Shown: positions 26,583 to 35,911 of the stretch, in pieces | How the letters are laid out: each line of letters starts with the position of its first letter | Numbering within the stretch: the stretch's first letter is position 1 | NCBI GenBank assembly: GCA_965208675.1 | Contig: OZ242351.1 | Location: 4,416,001 to 4,480,000 of the forward strand | Direction: 5' to 3' | DNA from: Candidatus Poribacteria bacterium | GTDB lineage: Bacteria; Poribacteria; WGA-4E; PCPOR2b | Length of the DNA stretch: 64,000 nucleotides | Program-made: the position numbers and the translations under genes | The notes under the pieces: model-generated | What the model was told of the DNA's origin: nothing | Database searches by the model: none | The model's input: only the letters and a program-made list of their open reading frames with translations

Positions 26583-27833
26583 CTAATTTGAAAAATTCTC
26601 GATTATCGCAGATGCGAAGGCGGAGGTGCGAATTGATGTCGCGCTGTCCATTAAACGCGCGAGGTCATAAGTCACGCGCTTTTGGATGATTGTCTTTTCA
26701 ATTCCTTGAATAGCGAGATTTGCAGCTTCCTGCCATCCGATGTGCTCAAGCATCATCACCGCGGAGAGGATGAGTGAACTCGGATTTACGACATCTTTAT
26801 CCGTATATTTGGGGGCAGTACCGTGCGTCGCTTCAAAAAGCGCGGCGTCTGCACCGATATTGCCGCCCGGCGCCATTCCAATGCCGCCGACTTGGGCTGC
26901 ACAAGCATCTGAGAGGTAATCCCCATTCAGATTCGGTGTAGCGATGACATCGTACTCGTCGGTGCGCGTCAGAATCTGTTGCAGCATACTATCCGCAATT
27001 CGGTCTTTAATAACAACCTTTCCTTCGGGCGCGTGTCCGTTGTGTTGACTGTAGACCTCATCTTCCGTAATTGTCTCATCCGGAAACTCTTCGTTGGCCA
27101 CTTCATAGCCCCAATCTCGGAAAGCCCCTTCAGTGAATTTCATGATGTTACCTTTATGAACCAAAGTGACGTTGCGGCGGTTGTGTTGAATCGCGTATTG
27201 AATTGCCATTCGCACCAAACGCTTAGTTCCGAAAATACTGATTGGCTTAATGCCGATGCCTGAATCGGTGCGAACGTCTGTATCCATCTGCGATCGGAGA
27301 AATTCAATGACGTTGCCCGCCTCCGGCGTGCCTTGCGCCCACTCGATTCCAGCGTAGACATCTTCCGTGTTCTCACGAAAGATGACAACGTCCATTTTTT
27401 CAGGGTGAGTTACCGGTGCGGGCACGCCTTGAAAATAGCGTACGGGTCGCACGCAGGCATACAAATCCAACTTTTGGCGGAGCGTCACATTTAAGCTCCG
27501 AAAACCACCACCAACTGGTGTAGTCAGGGGACCTTTCAATGCAACGCGGAAATAATCTATAGCTTTAAAGGTATCCGCAGGTAACCATTCCCCATATTTC
27601 TCATTGGCGATTTCGCCGGCGTAAACATCAAACCATACAAACCTTCTATCACTCCCGTAAGATGCTTCTACGGCAGCATCAATGACCCGGCGTGTGGCTT
27701 TCATGATGTCGCGGCCAATGCCATCCCCTTCGATTACCGGAGTGATTGGATAATTTGGCACAACCAGCGCGCCATTTTCTTTTTCGATCCGCTCACCATT
27801 CGTCGGTGGTGTGAGATTATCAAATTCGATCAC
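26583..27833 (-). CDS. icd: NADP-dependent isocitrate dehydrogenase
   Basis: [17 protein letters not shown]; [11 protein letters not shown]; NLNGDYLSD; [11 protein letters not shown]. Confidence 0.97.
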   Translation of the reverse strand: MIEFDNLTPPTNGERIEKENGALVVPNYPITPVIEGDGIGRDIMKATRRVIDAAVEASYGSDRRFVWFDVYAGEIANEKYGEWLPADTFKAIDYFRVALKGPLTTPVGGGFRSLNVTLRQKLDLYACVRPVRYFQGVPAPVTHPEKMDVVIFRENTEDVYAGIEWAQGTPEAGNVIEFLRSQMDTDVRTDSGIGIKPISIFGTKRLVRMAIQYAIQHNRRNVTLVHKGNIMKFTEGAFRDWGYEVANEEFPDETITEDEVYSQHNGHAPEGKVVIKDRIADSMLQQILTRTDEYDVIATPNLNGDYLSDACAAQVGGIGMAPGGNIGADAALFEATHGTAPKYTDKDVVNPSSLILSAVMMLEHIGWQEAANLAIQGIEKTIIQKRVTYDLARLMDSATSIRTSAFASAIIENFSN

Positions 27834-27919
27834 TTGTCCTCCTCATTTTACGTGTTTATGGACTTGGAGAATTTTTGTTCAGGATAGTTTCGGTGTTCTC
27901 TTAAGAAAAGCGGCGTATA

Positions 27920-29497
27920 TCATTGCGGCGCGAACGCATCTCCGTGAGCGAGCCGGTCATGTATAGCGGCGACTACATCGGGCACCGTTGTGTCTTCGCC
28001 AGGTGCAGGAATAACGCTAGGATCGGGCGGAATGACGGGCCGTATAATTCTCTGCTGCAGTTGTTCTCTGGCGTCCATCATCCAGCCGAACCCCCTGAAT
28101 ATGTAAGTCAAGAGCGTTCTGTCTTCTTCCTCGATTCCCATACCTTCTTGGACAGACCAGCCGCCGAAATCGGTGTTTGGCGTTAGGCGGAGCGGCGGAC
28201 TGTCTTCTCTTCCTGGCTTAATTACGCCTTCAACGAAAGCGATTTGATAAATCCGTTGAATCATGTTGAGTCTTTCTCTCTGGTGTGCGTTCAGTACAAT
28301 CTGTCCGTTATCTATTGCATGGAAGAAGGATTCAAGGTATATTGCCGCACGTGGATCCTGTTGGATTTCGTTAGATCTTCCAGCGGCAGCAATTTCCGGG
28401 TGTCCGAACGTTGGCAGTCCACCGCCCAGCAACCTGGTCTTGATGAATTCTTCGCGTTCGTCCTCGGGCACATGTTCTAGTTCGTTAATGAAATGGGTCA
28501 TGTCGTGAATGGCGCCAAAGTGCCGGGCGCCGTCCAAAGTCATATGGGCTGCACTCAAGAAATCGGATACGTGCTCTGTATGCAGCGTTGCTGCGTATCG
28601 GGCAACCATGTTCGATCCGGCAGAGCCGTGGTGCGTTTGAATCAACCCCATCTTCTCCAAGATTGTGCTTTCAGTGTCGTTGGCATGATGACCGATGAGT
28701 AGGCTATAAGCCACCTGGAAAGCGGATTTTCCTGAATTTTCCTCTTGTGAAACAAAGTCGTCCACCTGTTGCGCGAGTGCTTGCGCAGCTAGTGTGGTGT
28801 TCTGCCTCAAGAGACGGCGCATGTAGACGGACATTGCCCCTATCGCAACATTCTCCATATGTGTGCTAATCATCTCGACTAGCAGCGTGCTGGGGTGCCG
28901 GTCATCGTCCACCCCGTGATCGGGCAATCGGTTTTTAGTGATATGTGCTTTTCTAAGCGTCGAAAAATATTGAATGACTACTTCGGGACCTGAAGTTGGA
29001 AATGTTTTCACAAATTCTGCGAGTTGATTGATTAACCGGCTTTGCCCCGATACACAATCTCGGACCACCCTTCTCGATCTGTAGAACTTCCGATCGATGA
29101 GTGTTTGAAGCATGGCTTCTTCGTCCAAACCGTCCTCAATGTTTTCGGGTTTTCGACCGAATAAGCCAACGAAAATCAGGTGAGCGGGGCTAATACGCCC
29201 GGCGACAATTTCTCCTTCCTGTAGGACGCCGCGAATTCCGAAACTTCGAATATTCAATATCATTTCCGCGCCATCGCAGTCAACGGGTGTTTGGTACAAG
29301 ACCGGATTTGCGAACACCATTGTTGATTGCGGCATTGAGCTAAAATTCCTTAGACTTCCGCCGATGCCTTTTTCGTCCAATTTTGCCGCTTTTTGAATCG
29401 CATCCGTCACAGGGCCGTACGCCGAGGACTTAGGGTTCTCTGAAAGCGTCCTCCGTATTGATGCTGCGGTTTCAGTCCATAATCTCTTTTCCGCCAT
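27920..29497 (-). CDS. Divergent citrate synthase-family protein
   Basis: Ordered motifs QTHH, DGARHFGA, TFGHP, DPRA, PNTDF, RGFGW and RIIRP; first gene before icd-mdh. Confidence 0.75.
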   Translation of the reverse strand: MAEKRLWTETAASIRRTLSENPKSSAYGPVTDAIQKAAKLDEKGIGGSLRNFSSMPQSTMVFANPVLYQTPVDCDGAEMILNIRSFGIRGVLQEGEIVAGRISPAHLIFVGLFGRKPENIEDGLDEEAMLQTLIDRKFYRSRRVVRDCVSGQSRLINQLAEFVKTFPTSGPEVVIQYFSTLRKAHITKNRLPDHGVDDDRHPSTLLVEMISTHMENVAIGAMSVYMRRLLRQNTTLAAQALAQQVDDFVSQEENSGKSAFQVAYSLLIGHHANDTESTILEKMGLIQTHHGSAGSNMVARYAATLHTEHVSDFLSAAHMTLDGARHFGAIHDMTHFINELEHVPEDEREEFIKTRLLGGGLPTFGHPEIAAAGRSNEIQQDPRAAIYLESFFHAIDNGQIVLNAHQRERLNMIQRIYQIAFVEGVIKPGREDSPPLRLTPNTDFGGWSVQEGMGIEEEDRTLLTYIFRGFGWMMDAREQLQQRIIRPVIPPDPSVIPAPGEDTTVPDVVAAIHDRLAHGDAFAPQ

Positions 29498-30267
29498 TTA
29501 GCGTCTCCTTAAAACCTCATTCAATTTGAGTGGGTGTGCATTCTCGCCAATCTCCGATTTTGCAAAACCCGTCCTTGGTACAATTCGTAGAAAAACCGTC
29601 GTTCATATAAAGAATAATGTGATTTCTATAACTTTACTTTGTGTTATCCAAAATTCCATACCTGTTATGACACATTTCGGCGTTTAACCGTGGATTCGCT
29701 GCAAAAAGGATTCGAATTTTGGGAAAGGAAAAGGGCGAAAGGGGATAGTGAAAAAGGAAAACAACCGGAGGTCCTCCACTTTCCCCCACCCAATGGCGCA
29801 ATACGGGGCGAGTGCATATCGAAGGGAATCATACAAAAGATTGCGATTCGGAGTGTGGAACATTAAAAAAAATAGGGAAGAGAGGACCGGCGAAATCAGA
29901 TTGACCGCAATATCGGAACGCCAATCCTATATCTCAATGTAAACCCCAAAACCTGAGCGATTCCAGCGTCTTTAAAATCAGTTGTATTTTAGCAAAGGCA
30001 TCATTGAAAGTCAAGGTAAAACAAGGAAGAAAAGGGATATCATCTTTTATCTGCCTTTGGGGGATTGGCGGTTCTACCGGAGCGAATTTGACTGTGTGGG
30101 TTTTCAACGGTTTCGATAGATATGGTGTGCAAGTCATACAGGGCGAATATAGTTGTGTATGCTGCCGATGCGGCGCGCCATGATTTAATCGGATTAGGTT
30201 GAATTCTAAATACATGGTATCACCACCTAACCGATTGCCGATTGATGTACTTCGTGTTGGTTTCATT

Positions 30268-30302
30268 AAAAAAAGCCGGCAACATCAATTGATTACCGGC
30301 TT
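30268..30302 (-). terminator. Rho-independent terminator of gltB
   Basis: Minus strand AAGCCGGTAATC-N-GATGTTGCCGGC followed by T7. Confidence 0.8.
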
Positions 30303-30368
30303 CAGCAAGACATCATGGGGCAGCGTTCACAACATCTCTGGCGGGTTTCGTACGGACATTTACGGTGG

Positions 30369-33300
30369 CTACAAGGGAGAAACCTTCCGAAAAATCGGCA
30401 AGTAATGATCCCAGTTAGATAAGATTTCTTTAGCCCGGCCGCTGCCGGTAAGTTCGGAGTGACGCTCAATTTCGGTCAATATCACCGTAATATCTCGGTT
30501 GTCAGTGACAGGTTCTAATTTCACGGATTGTGAATTATAATTTTTGGAGAGATTCTGCTTTTCGTCAAGGACATAAGCAGTTCCACCTGTCATTCCTGCT
30601 CCAAGGTTGCGGCCGGTCTCGCCGAGGATGACAACCATTCCCCCGGTCATGTATTCGCAGGCGTGGTCGCCAACACCCTCTACGACAGCGAAGCCGCCGC
30701 TGTTACGGACGCAGAACCGCTCGCCAGCACGACCGGCGGCATAGAGGTAGCCGCTTGTGGCGCCATACATTACGGTGTTTCCGATTATAACATTCTCATG
30801 GGAACGGAATTGGGCGTTTGCCGGAGGTTTAATGATGAGCTCGGCACCGGCCATGCCTTTACCGACATAGTCGTTGGCTTCACCAATTAGGACGAGGCGC
30901 ATGCCTTTGATGCAAAATGCGCCAAAACTCTGGCCTGCACTGCCTCGGAAATGGCACTCAATGGTCCCGTCGGGCAAGCCTTGATCGCCATACCGGAACG
31001 CAATTTCACCTGCCACCGTTGCCCCGACCGTCCGGTGGATGTTGCGTATCTCATAAGAGAGGTTAATGGGATTTTCCCCTGTCAAAGCGTCCTTGGCGTC
31101 CTGCAAGATTATATCGTCGAGATGTGAATCTTCTAGCCGATTATTGCGTTCCCTCAGGCGGCGGCGCGGTCGATTTCCGGTCGGATCGCATTGCGCTACA
31201 ATAGGGCTTAGGTTGAGGGAGGCTGCTTTCGGATGTTCGGACAAGTCTTCTTGCTCTAAGAGTTCCGGACAACCTGTCACATCGTTTAAGCTGCGGAATC
31301 CGAGTTGGGCAAGGATTTCGCGCACCTCTTGGGCGACACCAACCATAAAGTTAATCACCATCTCAGGTGTGCCGCGAAATTTTGCCCTGAGCGCAGGGTC
31401 TTGTGTAGCAACGCCTACTGGGCACGTGTTAAGGTGGCATTGACGTGCGACAATACACCCGGTTGCGACCATGGCTGTTGTGCCGAATCCGAACTCTTCA
31501 GCGCCGAGCATTGCCGCGACGACTACATCGCGTCCGGTACGGAACCCGCCGTCTACCCGGAGCACGACCCGGCCCCTAAGGTCGTTGCGCACGAGCGTTT
31601 CTTGTGTTTCTGCAAGTCCAAGTTCCCATGGGACTCCTGCGTTTTTAATTGAACTGAGCGGGGAAGCGCCCGTTCCTCCTTCGTGGCCGCTTATCTGTAT
31701 GACATCAGCGTATCCTTTGGCGACCCCGGCGGCAATTGTCCCCACACCGGCCTCCGACACAAGTTTTACGGCTATTTTGGCGCGCGGATTAGCGTGCTTG
31801 AGGTCGTAAATGAGTTGTGCGAGATCTTCTATCGAATAGATGTCGTGATGCGGCGGCGGAGAAATCAGGGGAATCCCCGGTGTAGAATGCCGAATTGCAG
31901 CGATTTCTGTCGTGACTTTGTGTCCAGGAATCTGACCGCCTTCACCGGGTTTGGACCCCTGCGCCATTTTAATCTCTAATTCTTTGGCTGAAGTTAGATA
32001 TTCGGGCGTGACTCCAAACCGTCCTGAAGCCACCTGCTTGATTGCGCTGGAAGCTAAATCTCCGTTTGAACGGCGATGATACCGCGCCGGATCTTCGCCT
32101 CCCTCGCCGCTGCCTGACTTGGCACCGATTCGGTTCATGCCGATGGCAATAGTCTCATGCGCTTCTCGGCTTAGGGCGCCGAAGGACATACTTCCAGTTG
32201 AAAAACGCTGAATAATCAATTCGATAGGCTCGACCTCTTCAATGGGGATGGGTTTCCCTGCCTTGAACGATAGCAGCTCACGAAGACTTGATTGCTCACC
32301 CTTCTCTACAGCTTCTGCGTAAGTTTTGTAGTCTTCGTAGTCGCCGCTCTTGGCTAGCCGATGGAGCGACTTAAAGACCGAAGGATTAAATGCGTGAAAT
32401 TCTCCTGTTCTGCGAAAGCGAAAGTCGCCGGATTCCTCAAGCCCGCCTTTGCTATCCAGACCGAATGCCTTCGTGTGAAAATGGAGTACTTCCATGGCGA
32501 TATCCGTGAAGCCGATACCGCCCAATGGCGATGCAGTGCCAGTGAAACAGGTGTCGATGACGGTACTGTTTAGGCCGATTGCTTGAAATATTTGTGCGCC
32601 GCGGTAGCTCGAAACCGTCGAGATTCCCATCTTCGACATAATCTTGAGGATGCCTTTCTCTACCGTTTGGCAGTAATTGACCAGTGCGTTCTCCAATGGG
32701 ATGCCTTGAATTTCACCCGTATTCACAAGATGAGCAATTGTTTCGAAAGCCACGTAGGGATTAATTGCGTTCGCGCCGTAACCGAGCAAAAGGGCATAGT
32801 GATGTTCCTCCCGCGGTTCTCCGGTTTCCACGACCAAGCTAACCTGCATCCGCTTGCCTTCGCGAATAAGGTGATGATGGACTGCCCCGACCGCTAGGAG
32901 CATGGGAATAGGTGCATTCTCGGCGTTTACGTCGCGGTCGCTCAATATCAGGATGGTAATCCCGCTATCAACCGTAGCCGCGGCTGATTGACACAACTCC
33001 GTAAGCGTCTTCTCCAGGCCTTCCTTTCCGTTCGCGACGGGGAAGAGCGTGGAAAGTGTTGCGGTTTGGAAGTCGGGGGCGTCAAAGTTTTTTAGCCACT
33101 GCAACTGTTCACGCGTCAGGATAGGGGAGGGCAGTTGAATTAATCGGGCGTGAGCCTCAGTCTCCTCAAGTAAACTTCGCCTCCGCCCTAGATAGGTTGA
33201 GAGAGACATGACGAGCCGCTCACGAAGAGAATCAATCGGCGGATTCGTGACTTGAGCAAACAACTGCTTGAAATAGCTGTAAAGCAGACGAGACTTTCGA

Positions 33301-34814
33301 GAGATTACTGCAGGCGGTGTGTCATCGCCAAGGGAGCCGACCGCTTCCTTGACTTCGATAACCATCGGTATCAAAAATCGCTTCACATCTTCAATGGCGT
33401 ATCCGAATGATTTTTGTTGACGTAGGAGCGTTACGGGATCTTCAGTGGCTGTCTCACGATCATGCCTTTCAATAGCCCTTGGCTTTATCAGATTGCGCGA
33501 TACCCATTCCGCGTACGGTTTTTTCCCTGCGACCACCATTTTAATCTCCGCATCCTTCAGAAGCCTGCCCTGCGCCGTATCTACGGCAATCATCTGTCCG
33601 GGGCCGAGACGCCCTTTTTCAATCACTCGACTATCGTCAAGCTCTATTAACCCTACTTCCGACCCCATAATAACGATGCCGTCTTCGGTGACTTTGTAGC
33701 GCGCAGGGCGTAACCCGTTGCGATCTAAGGCGGCACCGACAATCACTCCGTTACTGAAAGCCACGGATGCAGGACCATCCCACGGTTCGCTGAGGCAAGA
33801 TAGGTATTCGTAACAGCCGCGCAGCGTTTCATCAATCCCGGGCATGTTCTCGTAAGAATCCGGAATTAGACACATCATGGCATGAAGTGGATTTCGTCCG
33901 GAGAGTGCCAAGAGTTCTAAAGCATTATCAAGGCTCATGGAATCACTGCCATCGGGATCAATGATTGGTTTGAGCTTTTCCAAAAGATTGCCCCAAATCG
34001 GGGAGCGAAGTTCCGATTCTCGAGCACGCATCCAATTGCGATTTCCTAGCAGGGTGTTAATCTCCCCATTGTGGCCCAGCATGCGGAAAGGCTGTGCTAG
34101 AAACCAGTCAGGGAAAGTGTTGGTGCTGTAACGTTGGTGAAAAAGCGCCAGCGCTGTTTCATATTCGGGGTCGCGTAAATCGTGGTAAAACCGATCGAGT
34201 TGAGGCGCAACAAACAACCCTTTGTAGACAATGGTGCGGTGGGAGAACGATGGAATATAAAAATCTTGAATCCCCTTGTTCGCTACATGGTGTTCGATTT
34301 CTTTGCGTACCAGATACAGGCGTTGTTCGAACATCTCATCCGTGAAGCTACTCGGGCGGCCGACCAAGATTTGTTGAATCTCTGGCATGGTTGTTAAGGC
34401 TTTTTCGCCGAGTATTGAGGCGTCTATCGGTACAGGACGCCATCCCAATAGGGGAAACTCATAGTAGGACAACAATTCCTCAATCACTGTACGGCAGCGT
34501 TCTTGAGCGGGAAGGTCATGGCGCGGCAGAAAAATCATACCGACAGCCAAGTCGCTGCTAGACGAAAGATGTACGCCAAGTTTTTCTGCTTCTCTCCAGA
34601 AAAGTTTTTCCGGTATTTGCGTCAGGACTCCAGCACCATCGCCAGTCTTGGCATCAGCGTCAACCGCGCCGCGGTGGGTAAGATTTATGACTGATTGAAT
34701 CGCTAGTTTGAGGATTTCGCGGCTGCGGTTGCCTGAGATTTCAGCGACAAATCCAACGCCGCAGGAATCGTGCTCAAACCGGGGATGGTACAACCCATTA
34801 TAAGTATCTCTCAT
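30369..34814 (-). CDS. gltB: Glutamate synthase large subunit
   Basis: HDSCGVGF N-terminus, HQRYSTNT, HNGEIN, EPWDGP, KPGEGGQ, CHLNTCPVGVATQ, C-terminal GXGXG beta-helix. Confidence 0.98.
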   Translation of the reverse strand: MRDTYNGLYHPRFEHDSCGVGFVAEISGNRSREILKLAIQSVINLTHRGAVDADAKTGDGAGVLTQIPEKLFWREAEKLGVHLSSSSDLAVGMIFLPRHDLPAQERCRTVIEELLSYYEFPLLGWRPVPIDASILGEKALTTMPEIQQILVGRPSSFTDEMFEQRLYLVRKEIEHHVANKGIQDFYIPSFSHRTIVYKGLFVAPQLDRFYHDLRDPEYETALALFHQRYSTNTFPDWFLAQPFRMLGHNGEINTLLGNRNWMRARESELRSPIWGNLLEKLKPIIDPDGSDSMSLDNALELLALSGRNPLHAMMCLIPDSYENMPGIDETLRGCYEYLSCLSEPWDGPASVAFSNGVIVGAALDRNGLRPARYKVTEDGIVIMGSEVGLIELDDSRVIEKGRLGPGQMIAVDTAQGRLLKDAEIKMVVAGKKPYAEWVSRNLIKPRAIERHDRETATEDPVTLLRQQKSFGYAIEDVKRFLIPMVIEVKEAVGSLGDDTPPAVISRKSRLLYSYFKQLFAQVTNPPIDSLRERLVMSLSTYLGRRRSLLEETEAHARLIQLPSPILTREQLQWLKNFDAPDFQTATLSTLFPVANGKEGLEKTLTELCQSAAATVDSGITILILSDRDVNAENAPIPMLLAVGAVHHHLIREGKRMQVSLVVETGEPREEHHYALLLGYGANAINPYVAFETIAHLVNTGEIQGIPLENALVNYCQTVEKGILKIMSKMGISTVSSYRGAQIFQAIGLNSTVIDTCFTGTASPLGGIGFTDIAMEVLHFHTKAFGLDSKGGLEESGDFRFRRTGEFHAFNPSVFKSLHRLAKSGDYEDYKTYAEAVEKGEQSSLRELLSFKAGKPIPIEEVEPIELIIQRFSTGSMSFGALSREAHETIAIGMNRIGAKSGSGEGGEDPARYHRRSNGDLASSAIKQVASGRFGVTPEYLTSAKELEIKMAQGSKPGEGGQIPGHKVTTEIAAIRHSTPGIPLISPPPHHDIYSIEDLAQLIYDLKHANPRAKIAVKLVSEAGVGTIAAGVAKGYADVIQISGHEGGTGASPLSSIKNAGVPWELGLAETQETLVRNDLRGRVVLRVDGGFRTGRDVVVAAMLGAEEFGFGTTAMVATGCIVARQCHLNTCPVGVATQDPALRAKFRGTPEMVINFMVGVAQEVREILAQLGFRSLNDVTGCPELLEQEDLSEHPKAASLNLSPIVAQCDPTGNRPRRRLRERNNRLEDSHLDDIILQDAKDALTGENPINLSYEIRNIHRTVGATVAGEIAFRYGDQGLPDGTIECHFRGSAGQSFGAFCIKGMRLVLIGEANDYVGKGMAGAELIIKPPANAQFRSHENVIIGNTVMYGATSGYLYAAGRAGERFCVRNSGGFAVVEGVGDHACEYMTGGMVVILGETGRNLGAGMTGGTAYVLDEKQNLSKNYNSQSVKLEPVTDNRDITVILTEIERHSELTGSGRAKEILSNWDHYLPIFRKVSPL

Positions 34815-35051
34815 CCAACACCGCCTAGTTTGCCGGATTCGGTTTCATGTTGGAACATTTTCGCTGCTAGTGATGCAAAGGTTGACAAATTTTTTATGTA
34901 TTGCACGTGTTTTAATTGATGTCTCTTTATCTGTTAAGTAGATGAAGGTTTTGTGAGCCAATTGCTATTATCCCTTTTGCATTAAGCCGAGTTTTATGTG
35001 ACCAATGTCCGATTATACTGAAAAAGGGAATCAAAATTTAATTGTGTTTCC

Positions 35052-35146
35052 GCATGCCATTCTAAGCCGCAAGGAAGAACCGTGGACATCAAAGATTCTT
35101 CGCAAATTTAATCCCAATGCTTGAGTTGAGGCTCAGGATGGCATGC
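35052..35146. repeat. Degenerate GTCATTCTGAGC...AGATTCTTCGC...GCTCAGAATGAC-type palindromic repeat
   Basis: 17-nt inverted repeat GCATGCCATTCTAAGCC / GGCTCAGGATGGCATGC (15 of 17) enclosing GAAGAACC and GATTCTTCGC. Confidence 0.6.
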
Positions 35147-35189
35147 TTATACGCATGCCGATTAAACCCAGAATTGGACTTCGGCGCCG

Positions 35190-35371
35190 TTAATTTAGTC
35201 TTGAGCTAAGGGAACCGCATGTCTCACAATCCCCTGGGGGAAGTGTTTCCTGCGGTGCATGAAGGCTAGGGCGAAAGGGGAGTCCATCTCGCAGGAAGGG
35301 AAGACCATCTTACGGGGGTACTGCAAACTAATCACTGATTCTTGTTTTCGTGTAATTATCGCATACATACG
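35190..35371 (-). ncRNA. Candidate structured CU-rich sRNA or leader RNA
   Basis: Promoter at 35378-35406; closing stem TTAGTTT/AAGACTAA; long hairpin ACCGCA...TGCGGT; no convincing ORF. Confidence 0.35.
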
Positions 35372-35377
35372 ACTTAA

Positions 35378-35406
35378 ATGATACATCAGAACGATACTGA
35401 TGTCAA
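35378..35406 (-). promoter_or_regulatory. sigma70 promoter with a palindromic operator-like site in the spacer
   Basis: TTGACA-N17-TATCAT on the minus strand; ACATCAG-N7-CTGATGT at 35383-35403. Confidence 0.7.
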
Positions 35407-35675
35407 GAAAATTTGGTTACGGCATAAATTGGCTCCAGCGCTTTAAACACGGCGGACAGTCCAGCGGTTTGGCATTTTTGCCACTCCACCGAATACTTCA
35501 AACCCACGCCATTGAGGTCTCTCGCGGCTGCCATGCAGCTATTCGTGATAGTAATCATAAATATCAAATAGGCATCATGCTACTGCACTACATCGGTGCG
35601 ATTGTGCCACTATAGCACAAATCGATGGGGAGATCAATGAAAAAACGGGGGTGTGATTGCGAATATCTTTTTGGT

Positions 35676-35705
35676 TTGACAGGAAGCGTGGTTAAGTGAT
35701 AAGAT
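35676..35705 (+). promoter_or_regulatory. Possible sigma70 promoter of the crystallin gene
   Basis: TTGACA-N18-TAAGAT with extended -10 TG. Confidence 0.5.
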
Positions 35706-35911
35706 AATACGTTAAATCTGAAATTGATTTTTTCAATTTTAATGTGAAATCGTGCGGCACGCGTGTTAGCTCCTGCAACGTCGCAATGCTGGGGGATGAA
35801 CACAAGTGTGCAACGCACGGTTGATATGTCCGAAGCGAAGAATTTCATTCATTAACAATCATCTGATTCGCAACACGAAACATTGAGCGCAAGCGATTTG
35901 GAGGATACGAA

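Noticed and set aside
29639-30405. Small ORFs between the citrate synthase-like gene and gltB
   Set aside because: No convincing RBS or family motifs; one crosses the gltB terminator.
34815-35371. glnA-type glutamine riboswitch or 6S RNA
   Set aside because: The conserved glnA core was not seen and the fold lacks the symmetric central bubble of 6S RNA; kept only as an unclassified candidate.
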